Below the pieces are notes generated by a model, which saw only the letters and a program-made list of their open reading frames with translations, was not told the DNA's origin and ran no database searches. From the IMG/VR virus record IMGVR_UViG_3300006188_000011, positions 1-48,648 of that record: DNA of 48,648 nucleotides. The stretch is one strand, 5' to 3'. This document shows positions 1-9,102 of the stretch, in pieces; position 1 is the stretch's first letter; every line of letters starts with the position of its first letter. Position numbers and translations under genes: made by a program. The stretch comes from a virus (taxonomy: Duplodnaviria; Caudoviricetes).

Positions 1-332
1 CCATCAAGCAGGCAAGCCCGCCCCGTATCAGCAAGCCGGTTTTCATAGGCTTTGATCTCCGCTTCGGTCTGTTGGGATTTTTCCGCCTCGGCCGCGCGGG
101 CGTTTTTAAGCTGTTCCTGATAGGCCGAGATGACGAATTCGCCCGCCTTCTTCTGGCGGTCCATTTCGGCGAGCTTCGCCTCCAGCGCTGTCTTCTGCGC
201 TTCGAGGACATACCCGTCACGCGCCTCGCGCTTAAGCATGGGATCGTGCAGGGCGGCGTTGTAGAGCAGCATCAGGGCGATGCCGCCGACAGCGCCGAGG
301 CCGATCTTGATGTAATCGAGAAACCCGAACAT
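1..332 (-). CDS. Putative inner-membrane spanin (Rz-like), truncated by window edge
   Basis: Read manually: MFGFLDYIKIGLGAVGGIALMLLYNAALHDP... has an N-terminal TM helix followed by a coiled-coil-like E/A/K/Q stretch. It lies directly downstream of the endolysin. Confidence 0.55.
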   Translation of the reverse strand, partial: MFGFLDYIKIGLGAVGGIALMLLYNAALHDPMLKREARDGYVLEAQKTALEAKLAEMDRQKKAGEFVISAYQEQLKNARAAEAEKSQQTEAEIKAYENRLADTGRACLLD

Positions 333-841
333 CAGTTCAACCCCGCCAGACAGAGTTCTTTTTCACCGATGCGGGTGGCGTCCCCGTTCTCGCGGCGCTT
401 CTTCAGGCCGGCGATGACGCGCCCGCCAGCCTGATTGAACCACGTCATGGCCTGACAGGCCCCGGCCCAATTCCTAGCCGTCACCCGCCGCGCCGCCGTG
501 GACCGGCACACTGTGGAAACGCCAACGTTGTACGCCAGATCAAGCATGGACGCCTGTACGCTGATCGGGGCCTTGTCGAAACCCGGAACACACCGTTGCA
601 GCGGTTGATGAAAATCCTTTTCCAGCCGCTTCATAAGCATGGCCGAGCATTCGTCATCGGAGCAATAGCTGTTCCTTGTGACGCCCTTGGTTTCTCCAAT
701 CCCTACAGTCCACACACGGCCAAGGGCATCATAGTATGCCTTGTTCGACTTCCCCTCCCACGGCGCGGTCAGGTATGTGGCCGTAAGGGCCACAAGGCCA
801 AGGCCGGAAGCCAGCGCCGTCTTTGCCCGTTTACTCGCCAT
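332..841 (-). CDS. Endolysin, GH24 lysozyme, probable SAR type
   Basis: Catalytic pattern EG..AYYD...VWTVGIG; C-terminal GLKKRR..E..LCL; weakly hydrophobic Ala/Gly-rich N-terminus. Confidence 0.9.
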   Translation of the reverse strand: MASKRAKTALASGLGLVALTATYLTAPWEGKSNKAYYDALGRVWTVGIGETKGVTRNSYCSDDECSAMLMKRLEKDFHQPLQRCVPGFDKAPISVQASMLDLAYNVGVSTVCRSTAARRVTARNWAGACQAMTWFNQAGGRVIAGLKKRRENGDATRIGEKELCLAGLN

Positions 842-1052
842 CGCGAAATTCCTTTTGGCTGATGATGCGCGCCACGAATGCGGCGGCCACGGTGATCAAG
901 GTGAGGATGGCGAAGGCGCGCGCCGAAATGGGCAGGCTGTCACCCAGCAAGGGCAGGGCGGCTTCAAAGCCGGACAGGATGCCGGCGAGCACGAGCAGGC
1001 GGATGCTCCAAGCGTGCTTGAGCACCCGCTTCCAGTCGGAACCGAGTTTCAT
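831..1052 (-). CDS. Putative holin
   Basis: 73 aa, two hydrophobic segments, charged C-terminus, overlaps the endolysin start. Confidence 0.7.
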   Translation of the reverse strand: MKLGSDWKRVLKHAWSIRLLVLAGILSGFEAALPLLGDSLPISARAFAILTLITVAAAFVARIISQKEFRDGE

Positions 1053-1070
1053 GGGATGCCTTTCGATGTG

Positions 1071-2114
1071 TCAGGATTTCTTCTTGCGCCCGTCCTTTCC
1101 GGCGCCGCCGGAAGGCTGCTTGATTTCGAGCGTCGTGCCGGCGCCGCCCCCGCGGTCGGCCTTATGGCTCACCGAGGCGATGCGATAAGAGCCGTCCACC
1201 CCGGCCCGCGCGCCCGAAAGCAGATAGGTCGCCTCCGGTTGGGCATCGACGGTGAGCGTCATCTCCACCGAGCCTTCGCCGCCCTCGCGTTCGGCCTCGC
1301 GCTTGCGGGCGTCGGCGATGGAGGCGGCCTGATCGCCGTCCGCGGCGGTGCTGCGCACCACATTGGTGGAGTCCGGCAGATCGCGGTCGAGGTCGAATTC
1401 GACATCTTTCGAGCGGAAGTCCGCCTTCTTGCGATCGAAATAACGAACCTTCGCCTTCGTGAAGGACCGCCGGCCCTTGAAGGGCGCGATATCCCACGAG
1501 ATCACGTTGCTGCCCACGATGCCGTAGACGACCGGCAGGCTGGCGCCGGTCGCGGCCTGTCCTTCGCCGCGCTTGGCAAGCACCGCCTGATCGCTGCGGA
1601 TCTTGAAGGTCCCGCCGACCTCGCGCGCGAGGCGCTCGCCGAGATGCAGGAAGCTTTCGCCGTCCGCTGCCCAATAGTCGCGATGCACAGCGGCAAAGGC
1701 GGGATCGAGCCGGACCGAGGCCACTCCGGCGCGTCTGGCGGCCTCGTCCATGAAATCCTGCATGCTGGCGTCATCCATGTGGAATTGCAGCGGCTGCTTG
1801 ATCTTCCCACGGCTGTCGAAGCCCTTGGCGCCGACCTTCAGGGTCCGCCCGCCGCCGCGCGACCCCGACGAGCGCACGGAGTCGACCGTGCCGGCGAATT
1901 TCCACACCCCGGCGATGGCCGTCCGGACCGAAGCGCCTTCTTCCGGCAATTCGATCTGCCCTGCCGTGTCATCGAATGTCAGGCTGCATGTGTCAGATGT
2001 CGCGCCGTCCCTGTCGCTGATCTCTATGTCGATCAGGTAGGGGCGCATTGCGCCGGTCATGTCGCGGCCATCGACCATGACCTGCCATGAAACAGTCCAG
2101 TTGTCGGTTGCCAT
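1071..2114 (-). CDS. Phage late control D (GpD) baseplate hub protein
   Basis: D.DG..SDT..L.FDD and ES..H...RLA...G..FKI motifs; U-X-D gene order. Confidence 0.85.
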   Translation of the reverse strand: MATDNWTVSWQVMVDGRDMTGAMRPYLIDIEISDRDGATSDTCSLTFDDTAGQIELPEEGASVRTAIAGVWKFAGTVDSVRSSGSRGGGRTLKVGAKGFDSRGKIKQPLQFHMDDASMQDFMDEAARRAGVASVRLDPAFAAVHRDYWAADGESFLHLGERLAREVGGTFKIRSDQAVLAKRGEGQAATGASLPVVYGIVGSNVISWDIAPFKGRRSFTKAKVRYFDRKKADFRSKDVEFDLDRDLPDSTNVVRSTAADGDQAASIADARKREAEREGGEGSVEMTLTVDAQPEATYLLSGARAGVDGSYRIASVSHKADRGGGAGTTLEIKQPSGGAGKDGRKKKS

Positions 2115-2120
2115 GGAAGA

Positions 2121-2342
2121 TCATCCGAACAGGGAAACGACGTCGCGGGATTGCCCGTCCGTCTCCGGCGGCAGGTCGGGAATGGTCACCGTGGTGCCGG
2201 GTGGAATGATGACGCCGAGCCGCGCCAGTCCCGGATTGAGCGCCAGCGTGCTCTCGACCAGAGACCGGCCGCGCACGCCGTATCGACGCCAAAGCAGCAG
2301 GTCGAGCGTGATATGGTCACCCCCGACGACAATGGTATCCAT
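2121..2342 (-). CDS. Phage tail protein X (GpX, LysM-like)
   Basis: TLDLLLWRRYG...VE.TL.LNPGLA..G.IIP.GT.V.IPD; start taken at the ATG at 2342. Confidence 0.85.
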   Translation of the reverse strand: MDTIVVGGDHITLDLLLWRRYGVRGRSLVESTLALNPGLARLGVIIPPGTTVTIPDLPPETDGQSRDVVSLFG

Positions 2343-2352
2343 GGTGGTGCTC

Positions 2353-2787
2353 CTATCCGATGCCGAACAGCGACAGCAGTCCGGCAATGATCTGCTGGCC
2401 GGAACCGCTGTCGGGCTGCACCCGCGTCATGGTGATCGTGTGCTTGACCACGAAGCCGACGCCCTGCCGCGTGAGGCTGCTGTGGGTTTCCGAAATATTG
2501 GTGATCGCGAACCACCCCATCCGCATGCCGTCGCCGCGCTGAAGCGGGAAGCGCACGCCGTTGCGGCGCATCTCGTGCAGTGTTTCGAGTTCGTCCAGCC
2601 CGCCGATCTTGGTCGGCAGCAACTGGCCGGAAAGCGTGATCTGGTCATCGCCTTCCCCGGTGAATTCCTTGCCGGGAAAGGCATTGATAAGGGCCTTGGA
2701 CGCAATGTCGGCGGAGGCCGAACGCTGCATTTCGTCCACACTGAAAGGCCGTGTATCCACGGTGAGAGTTCCGAGCATATAGAGCAT
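2353..2787 (-). CDS. P2 GpU-like tail protein
   Basis: MLYMLG...EFTGEGDDQITLSG.L.P...GG..EL..L..M...G..MG.F.I; start at the ATG at 2787. Confidence 0.85.
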   Translation of the reverse strand: MLYMLGTLTVDTRPFSVDEMQRSASADIASKALINAFPGKEFTGEGDDQITLSGQLLPTKIGGLDELETLHEMRRNGVRFPLQRGDGMRMGWFAITNISETHSSLTRQGVGFVVKHTITMTRVQPDSGSGQQIIAGLLSLFGIG

Positions 2788-5105
2788 CACGACACCGCAT
2801 ATTCGAGATCGGCCTGCGCGCCATCCATCGCCGCACGGAACCGGCGCTCCATCTCCGCCACCACCTTCTGCGCGAGCGATTCCTCGCTCATGCCCGGTAC
2901 GCCGTGCACATGGAGCGCGCCGATGGTGAAGCTTCCGCCGCCGAGGCTGGACGTGCCGCCATTGGGAATGATCGTGCCGGAGCGTCCGGCGGTGAACAGT
3001 TCCGGCCCTTTCTCGCCGACCAGATAGGTCCGGCCGCCGACAACGGGTCCGCCCGCCGCACGAGCGCCGGCAACGCCGGGCAGCGGAATGGTGGCTCCGG
3101 CATTGTTGTTCGCTGCGCGATCCCGGATCGAGCCGCCTCCGCCACCGCCGCCCCCCAGCCAAGACGGCATGGACGGCCATTTGATGAGACCGGAAATATC
3201 GATATTGCCGATCGCCGCGACGATCTTTCCGGGCAGCGAGCGGAACCAGTCGACCAGCTCTCCGACCTTCGATTTTACCGCCTCGATAAGCCGGGTGGCG
3301 GCATCATAGCCCGACTGCTCCCACGCGGCCTTCTGCGCGTCGGTCAGCACTTCCCGGCTGAAGAAACTGGCGATCCAACTGCCGAAGGACTGCAAAGCCC
3401 CCATCGCGCTCTCCCATCCGGAGGCGATGGCGGACCCGATCGGCACCAGCCATTCGAGATAAGGCCGCACAGTGGCGATCGCGGGCGCAAGCTGCTCGCC
3501 GATGGCGCGGGCGACACCGGAGAATATCGAAGAAATTCGATCCCAATATTTCCAGATCACCACCGCGGCGGCTACGACCGCCGCCACGACGGCGACGATG
3601 ACGCCTGCCACCGTCCCGCCGACCGCAGCGACTGCCGCGCCGATTCCCGCCATGATCGGCTCGATCAGGCTCAAGCCGGGGATGATGGCCAGAAGTGCCT
3701 TGCCGCCATCTATGAACTTGGCGAACATGCCATAGCGGGCACCGCCGGCAAGCGCCGTCTGCAAGGCGATCGTGGCGCCGATGGACCGCTGCGCGGCAAG
3801 AACTGCGCCGTTGAGCAGGCCGAATCCCCGGATCAGCACCGAAAGCGCGCCGCCGCGCATCCACAGCAGGCTGAACTGCGCGGCGATGGCCGCGACGCGC
3901 AGCGCGATCAGCGCGGCGGTGGTGGCGACGATGGCCTGCGTAAGCTTCGGATGCGCTTCGGTGAAATCCGCCATGCGGTTGATAACCGGCTCGGTGGCGT
4001 CCGTCAGTTTGTTGAGCGCGGGCAGCAGCGCCGAACCGATGGTGATTCCGATGCGCTCCATGGCCGCGCCGAACCGCTCCATGGCCTGCTCGCCGGTTTG
4101 CTGGCGGCGGATGAAGTCCGCATCCACCACGCCCTTGGCGTTGGCGGACGCATCGCGGATACGTTGGTATTCCTTCAGGTTCTGGATCAGGGCAATCATG
4201 CCCGCCTGCACCTGCGCATCCTGAAAGATATCGCCCAGCTTGGACAGGTCGCCGTGCGTGGCCTTCATCGTCTGTTCGGCCAGCATCTCGAAAATGTCAC
4301 CACCGGCCTTCTGGGTCTTTTTCAACTCCTTGCGGATGTCGATGCCATGTTTCTTGAAAGCCTTCGTCGTTTGGGGCGAGATGATCTTCTGCATCACGTT
4401 CGCCGCATTCGTCGCCGCTTCCTCCGCGGAGCCGGCACCCTTACGCGCGATCTGGAGCATGGCGGCGAGGCGGGCCACGCCCACCGTGCCCGTCATGCCG
4501 AGGGCCTGCGCGCGGGCCGTCAGTTGGGGGAAGTAGCGCGCCATGTCCTTCAGTTCGAAGGCGCCTTCCTTGCCCGCCTGCGACATGATGTCGAGCGACT
4601 TGCCGAGTTCCCGCGCAGGCACCTTCATGTTGTCCATGACGGAAAACGAGGCGCTGGCCACATCGTCGACCGCGGCCTTGTAGGCGGTCGCGACCTTGGT
4701 GATCGGCGTGATGGCTTCCTGCGCGGACTTGGCGTCGAGACCCTTGCCCATCAGGTCGTCGATACCCGCCGCGATCTCGCCCGGTCCCTTGCCGAGATCG
4801 GCGGAAAGCTGCCGTATGCCCTTGCCGAGAGCACCCATGGCCGCGTTGGAGAGGTCGGCCTTCTGGGCGATATCGAGCATGACGCCCTCGAATTTCGCCG
4901 CGGCGTTCAGCGGTGCGGACAGCCCCTTGTAGAGGGCATAGGCCGCGCCGACTGCATCCATCATCTGGCCGCGCACCTCGTTGAGCCGGCGCGTGTTGTT
5001 GGCCTGCGCATTCTGCAAACGCTTCAGGGTCGCCTCGATGCCACGCGCCGGGGCCGTCACCCTGTCGATCAGCGACAGGATCAGGGTTGAAGTCATGACG
5101 GCCAT
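2787..5105 (-). CDS. Tail tape measure protein
   Basis: 772 aa, Ala-rich helical; AGKEGAFELKDMA motif; C-terminal RAAGGPV..G..YLVGEKGPEL; follows the tail chaperone. Confidence 0.92.
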   Translation of the reverse strand: MAVMTSTLILSLIDRVTAPARGIEATLKRLQNAQANNTRRLNEVRGQMMDAVGAAYALYKGLSAPLNAAAKFEGVMLDIAQKADLSNAAMGALGKGIRQLSADLGKGPGEIAAGIDDLMGKGLDAKSAQEAITPITKVATAYKAAVDDVASASFSVMDNMKVPARELGKSLDIMSQAGKEGAFELKDMARYFPQLTARAQALGMTGTVGVARLAAMLQIARKGAGSAEEAATNAANVMQKIISPQTTKAFKKHGIDIRKELKKTQKAGGDIFEMLAEQTMKATHGDLSKLGDIFQDAQVQAGMIALIQNLKEYQRIRDASANAKGVVDADFIRRQQTGEQAMERFGAAMERIGITIGSALLPALNKLTDATEPVINRMADFTEAHPKLTQAIVATTAALIALRVAAIAAQFSLLWMRGGALSVLIRGFGLLNGAVLAAQRSIGATIALQTALAGGARYGMFAKFIDGGKALLAIIPGLSLIEPIMAGIGAAVAAVGGTVAGVIVAVVAAVVAAAVVIWKYWDRISSIFSGVARAIGEQLAPAIATVRPYLEWLVPIGSAIASGWESAMGALQSFGSWIASFFSREVLTDAQKAAWEQSGYDAATRLIEAVKSKVGELVDWFRSLPGKIVAAIGNIDISGLIKWPSMPSWLGGGGGGGGSIRDRAANNNAGATIPLPGVAGARAAGGPVVGGRTYLVGEKGPELFTAGRSGTIIPNGGTSSLGGGSFTIGALHVHGVPGMSEESLAQKVVAEMERRFRAAMDGAQADLEYAVS

Positions 5106-5114
5106 GGCCGCACC

Positions 5115-5309
5115 TCATCGTCGGGAAGTGTTTTCAAGCCGCATCACGCGGGTGAGGCTGTCCGAATAATCGAGCAGCTTGTCGATATCCCATTCCTCGA
5201 TCTGGTCGATCGGGGAATGGAGATGGCGAGCGGTCGCGGTCAGGACGTCGCGCCAGGCGACGGCGTGACCGCTGGCTTCGTCACCGCGTCCACCGCCGCC
5301 TGTACGGAT
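5115..5309 (-). CDS. Frameshift extension of tail assembly chaperone (gpT/gpE'-like)
   Basis: The -1 frame after the G GGA AAA heptamer stays open for 64 codons (IRTGGGGRGDEASGHAVAWRDVLTATARHLHSPIDQIEEWDIDKLLDY...) and stops 10 bp before the tape measure start. Confidence 0.75.
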   Translation of the reverse strand: MRTGGGGRGDEASGHAVAWRDVLTATARHLHSPIDQIEEWDIDKLLDYSDSLTRVMRLENTSRR

Positions 5310-5560
5310 TTTCCCATGAGGGGCGCCACCTTCTCGCCCACCGTTTCCAGATCGACGAGATCGAGTTCCTCGATCAGTTCGACATCGACGCCGGCGAGCG
5401 CCGCGAAGATCATGTAGCCGGCGCGTACCTGACTTTCGACGCCTTCCGCGACAAGCGTATCCTTGCCCTTCATGCGGCGGAAGGTGAGTTCCTTCACCTC
5501 CGTGCCGTTGTAGGGGACGGGATATTCGAGCGGCACGGTGACGCTGGTGATTTTTTCCAT
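5240..5560 (-). CDS. Tail assembly chaperone (gpE/gp41-like)
   Basis: V.LEYPV...G.EVKELTFRRMKGKD...IEELD..D; lies between tube and tape measure; start at the ATG at 5560. Confidence 0.85.
   Translation of the reverse strand: MEKITSVTVPLEYPVPYNGTEVKELTFRRMKGKDTLVAEGVESQVRAGYMIFAALAGVDVELIEELDLVDLETVGEKVAPLMGKSVQAAVDAVTKPAVTPSPGATS
5309..5315 (-). other. -1 ribosomal frameshift slippery site G GGA AAA
   Basis: In-frame ATG GGA AAA (X XXY YYZ form) near the 3' end of the chaperone gene. Confidence 0.75.
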
Positions 5561-5585
5561 GATGGTTTTCTCCGGTTCCTGCTGG

Positions 5586-6098
5586 TCACGCGCCGAGGGC
5601 GCGGCGGACATCCTCGAATGCGTCGACGCCGTTGACGCGCAGGACGCGCTCCCAGAAGTCGATGTAGAAAAGCTCCACGCCGTTGAGGGTAAATTCGTAG
5701 TGGGTGACCTCCTTGAAAGCGTGATTGCAGCCGACGAATTCCTCCGGGCTGGCATCGTCCGGCGTCCATTCGACGATCGCGCCTTCGATGATGGCGCGGG
5801 CGGGCACCATCTTGCCCGCCTTCTTGTCGCGGCAGGCGGCGGCGAACACCCATCGCCCGGTCTGCCCGATGTCGCGGAAGACGTCGGTGTCGAAGCCCTT
5901 GATTTCCATCGCGGGTTCGATCGCTTCGACGCGCGGCAGCGCGAAATCGACCGCCATGACGCTGCCGCCCGGATTGTGCGAGGCGGTGATGAACTTGACG
6001 GGCGGAATCGTGAGCTTGGAAATGGTGGTGGCGCGCGAAGTGCCGGTTTCCTCGGCGCGGCGCACATCCACGGCGGAGAGCATGTAAAGCGGCTGCAT
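5586..6098 (-). CDS. Major tail tube protein (P2 FII-like)
   Basis: 170 aa; C-terminal Y....NG.E...ID......VNGVD....R.ALG; downstream of the sheath. Confidence 0.85.
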   Translation of the reverse strand: MQPLYMLSAVDVRRAEETGTSRATTISKLTIPPVKFITASHNPGGSVMAVDFALPRVEAIEPAMEIKGFDTDVFRDIGQTGRWVFAAACRDKKAGKMVPARAIIEGAIVEWTPDDASPEEFVGCNHAFKEVTHYEFTLNGVELFYIDFWERVLRVNGVDAFEDVRRALGA

Positions 6099-6126
6099 GA
6101 TAATGCCTTTCGGGAATGGGGGTGGA

Positions 6127-7350
6127 TCAGGAAACGGACGACAGGCGCGCGACGATCTCGGCCACGAGGCCCTCGACCGCGGGGCGGTAGCGGCGGACTT
6201 CGTGATTGGCGAGCTTGAAGGCCGGGGCCGGCTCGATACCGATATTGACCGTGAGGTGGCCTAGCCGGATTTCCTCCGGGCTGTTGCGGTCGGCAAGGAA
6301 CTGGACGTCCGACCCCAAAATGTCGTCGTCCACCTTGTGGTCGCGCAGCATGAAGCGGATGGAGTTGATCCACGCCTCGGCGGCATCGGCGGTGATCTTC
6401 GGCCCCAGAAACTGCCGCGTGATCTGCGCCATCTTCACGGTCAGGTAATCCGCGCCGCGCACCTGATGGAACTGCCGCCAGAGTTCGCCGGTATCGGCAT
6501 TGTCGGTGCCGATAAAGACGAAACCGCCATCTGCCACCGCCCCATCCACGCCCACTTCACCGCGGGCGACGATGGAAACATTGGCTTCCAACATCTGTTG
6601 GCCCTCGGTCGAGCCGTCGAAAAGCGAGAATGGGATATTGCGCGACAGCCCGGCGAGACCCTGAATGGGCTGGTTGGCGATGGGGTCGAAGGGCTTGCCG
6701 CCGTGCGCGTTGTCGACGGCTGCCATCAATCCGGCAATGCGCGGCCCCATCGGCCGGGTGACGATGTTCGTGCCCTCATAGACGCGGGCGGCGACCCCGA
6801 TCGGGATAAGGCGCTGCGAGTTCATCATCTCGCGGTCGCCGATGGCGAGCGGGGCGGACGTGTCGTTCACGTCCACCGCCGCGACCGCAAGCAGCCGCTC
6901 GCAGGCGGCGGGCAGGGCGGCCACCACAGGATTGGCCGTGTCGGCATCGGGACGGAGGGCGGTCCGCCCGGCCCAGACAATGCGCGGTGTGGCATTGACG
7001 GCGGAGGGGATATAACCCGCATTGCCGAGCGCGGCGGCGATGGCTGCGGCGGTGGCGGCAGGCGTGGCGCCTTCGGCAACACGGAAAACAGTGACGTCCG
7101 CCCCGGCATTCAATCCGGTCAACTGCGCGTTGATGCCGGCCACGGCGTCGGCGAGATATCCCGTGCCGAGCGCCTTGACGGCATCGGAATCGCTCGTCGA
7201 GATGCGCACCGGCGTTTCGGGCGGATACTCTGTGGCGGACGCATCCTCCGACGTCTCGATGATGAGGATCTTGGAAAAATCCGCACCCAGAACCGGCACC
7301 GGTTCGTCGTTGGGGCGCGTGAAGGTCATGCCGAAAGTGGGGTTCGACAT
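6127..7350 (-). CDS. Tail sheath protein (FI-like)
   Basis: 407 aa; AG..A.VD....PF...ANQ.I.G, GF...G and NSPE.IRLG patterns; sheath-tube gene order. Confidence 0.85.
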   Translation of the reverse strand: MSNPTFGMTFTRPNDEPVPVLGADFSKILIIETSEDASATEYPPETPVRISTSDSDAVKALGTGYLADAVAGINAQLTGLNAGADVTVFRVAEGATPAATAAAIAAALGNAGYIPSAVNATPRIVWAGRTALRPDADTANPVVAALPAACERLLAVAAVDVNDTSAPLAIGDREMMNSQRLIPIGVAARVYEGTNIVTRPMGPRIAGLMAAVDNAHGGKPFDPIANQPIQGLAGLSRNIPFSLFDGSTEGQQMLEANVSIVARGEVGVDGAVADGGFVFIGTDNADTGELWRQFHQVRGADYLTVKMAQITRQFLGPKITADAAEAWINSIRFMLRDHKVDDDILGSDVQFLADRNSPEEIRLGHLTVNIGIEPAPAFKLANHEVRRYRPAVEGLVAEIVARLSSVS

Positions 7351-7399
7351 AGGAAACTCCTGTCAAGTTTTGGATGCCCCGCCACGGGCCGGTTCGGGC

Positions 7400-7428
7400 A
7401 AAGAAAAAGCCCGCACGAGGCGGGCTTT
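7400..7428 (-). terminator. Rho-independent terminator upstream of the sheath gene
   Basis: Stem aaagcccgc-N5-gcgggcttt; on the minus strand it is followed by a T-rich tract (TTTTTCTTT). Confidence 0.65.
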
Positions 7429-7523
7429 CGGGGTGGTTGATGGGAGAAGGCCGCCCGGAGGCGGCCAACTGTTTCCGAATGTTTCCAGACGTTGCGTTTT
7501 ATTTCCGCCGCGTGTAAGCGAAG

Positions 7524-8597
7524 GTGATGCACGGGGATCAAACACACAAAACGCTGTATGGCCTACAGGCGGCGCGCGGTGTCGCCGCATTGATGGTGGT
7601 TGTGTTCCACGCGTTCGATCTGGACGCGAAATTCATTCTGCCGAACGTCATGCCCGGCATCGCCGAGTACGGGCAACTTGGCGTGGATATCTTTTTCGTC
7701 ATAAGCGGCTTCGTTATGGCGATGACGACGGGGCGCGCTCACAGCGATCCGGCAAAAATTGGTAATTTCGTATACAAGCGCCTGACCCGCATTTACCCGA
7801 TCTATTGGGTGTATTTTCTCATGCTGGTTCCGGTCGTGCTCTACATGCCCGGAATGGTGAATTCATCACAGTCGACGGGTCCGGACTTTTTCCGCTCCTT
7901 TTTCTTGTTGCCAGACAACCGCGTACCGCTGCTGCTTGTCTCGTGGTCTCTCGTCTACGAGCTATGGTTTTATGCGGTGTTCGCCGTCATCCTGCTATTC
8001 CCTAGACCAGCTCTACCGTACCTTCTTCTTGGTTGGGCTGCGGTATTGCTCATCTTCTCCGGCATCGCGTTCCAATCACCATTCCTGCGCGTGGTGACAG
8101 GTTCATACGGGCTGGAATTTATCCTTGGCGCGTTGGCCTATCTCGCGTCGCGGCGGCTGCCACGCGTGAAAGGCGATGCAGCGTTGTGCTTCGGCCTCAT
8201 GCTAATGGGCGGGTGCGCCGTGGTATGGCCGACGATCTTCGACGACAAAACGCCGTTGCGAATGCTGGCATTCGGCTTCCCAACGGCCCTCGCGCTCTTC
8301 GGCTTGGTCCAGTTCGAGCGATCTGGACGCTTCCCGAAATGCGCCTTTGTGGAGATGGCGGGCGATATCTCCTATTCGCTCTATCTCTCGCACCTGCTGG
8401 TTCTGTCCGCGACGTGCCGCTTCGGGACGATGATATTCGGCCACGACCTGATAAGCCCCCTAGTTGCCGGCGGCTTTTGGTGTGTTGCCATACTCGCAAC
8501 GCTGGTGTGGGCGTATATCAGTTATCGATGGATCGAGGGGCCGCTCATGAAAGCGACCCGCTCGATCGCTCCGAAACGGCGACTGGCGGTCACGTAA
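7524..8597 (+). CDS. Acyltransferase-3 (OafA/Oac-like) membrane O-acyltransferase moron
   Basis: LQ.ARG.AAL.VV.FH, GVDIFFVISGFVM, KR..RIYP.Y, WSL.YE.WFY, GD.SYSLYL.H and SY..IE.P motifs; many TM segments; opposite strand to the tail genes. Confidence 0.92.
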   Translation: MMHGDQTHKTLYGLQAARGVAALMVVVFHAFDLDAKFILPNVMPGIAEYGQLGVDIFFVISGFVMAMTTGRAHSDPAKIGNFVYKRLTRIYPIYWVYFLMLVPVVLYMPGMVNSSQSTGPDFFRSFFLLPDNRVPLLLVSWSLVYELWFYAVFAVILLFPRPALPYLLLGWAAVLLIFSGIAFQSPFLRVVTGSYGLEFILGALAYLASRRLPRVKGDAALCFGLMLMGGCAVVWPTIFDDKTPLRMLAFGFPTALALFGLVQFERSGRFPKCAFVEMAGDISYSLYLSHLLVLSATCRFGTMIFGHDLISPLVAGGFWCVAILATLVWAYISYRWIEGPLMKATRSIAPKRRLAVT

Positions 8598-8631
8598 CGG
8601 CGACGCATCAGATTTTCGACGCTGCCGCTGG

Positions 8632-9102
8632 TTACTCCACCTGCGCGAACTGCATCCAAGCAGTGTCAACCTGATCATCCGTCAAGCCGAGGAGCGGCAT
8701 GATGTTGACAATGAGCGGGTGCAGACGGTGAAACTCCGTCGCATACTCCCACTGGATTTTCGCTTGGCTGCGGTCGGGTTCCGACATGGCATCAATCGCC
8801 GCGTCCACGCCGTCAAGCTTGCCGAGCGATAGCAGGCCGAGACGGATTTGCTTGGCCGACAGAGCGGGCATAGCCGCCCGGATTTCTTCGGGCGTCGGTT
8901 CGGGCGGCGCGACATAATCGGCAATCGCCCCGAAGTCTCCGGCATTGGCACGGGTCCAGAGGTCCAAGCCTTCGTCGGTGTCATAGGTACCATGAACGCA
9001 CATTGGCCAGACACGGCCATCATCGAACGTTACGACCGCTCGCAGGCGGGTATGATCGGCGTCAACCCATTCGAGATTTTCAACAGAAGTGATCGCCATC
9101 AC
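8632..9102 (-). CDS. Tail fibre assembly/chaperone-like protein
   Basis: G.FGAIA.YV.P and LS..Q.RLGL...WEYA.EF.R.HPL motifs; directly after the tail fibre. Confidence 0.65.
   Translation of the reverse strand: MMAITSVENLEWVDADHTRLRAVVTFDDGRVWPMCVHGTYDTDEGLDLWTRANAGDFGAIADYVAPPEPTPEEIRAAMPALSAKQIRLGLLSLGKLDGVDAAIDAMSEPDRSQAKIQWEYATEFHRLHPLIVNIMPLLGLTDDQVDTAWMQFAQVE

Noticed and set aside
2904-5090. Long antisense ORFs (also 741-2090, 12102-13904, 21191-22477, 28240-30521)
   Set aside because: They are shadows of high-GC3 genes on the opposite strand and show no recognisable motifs.
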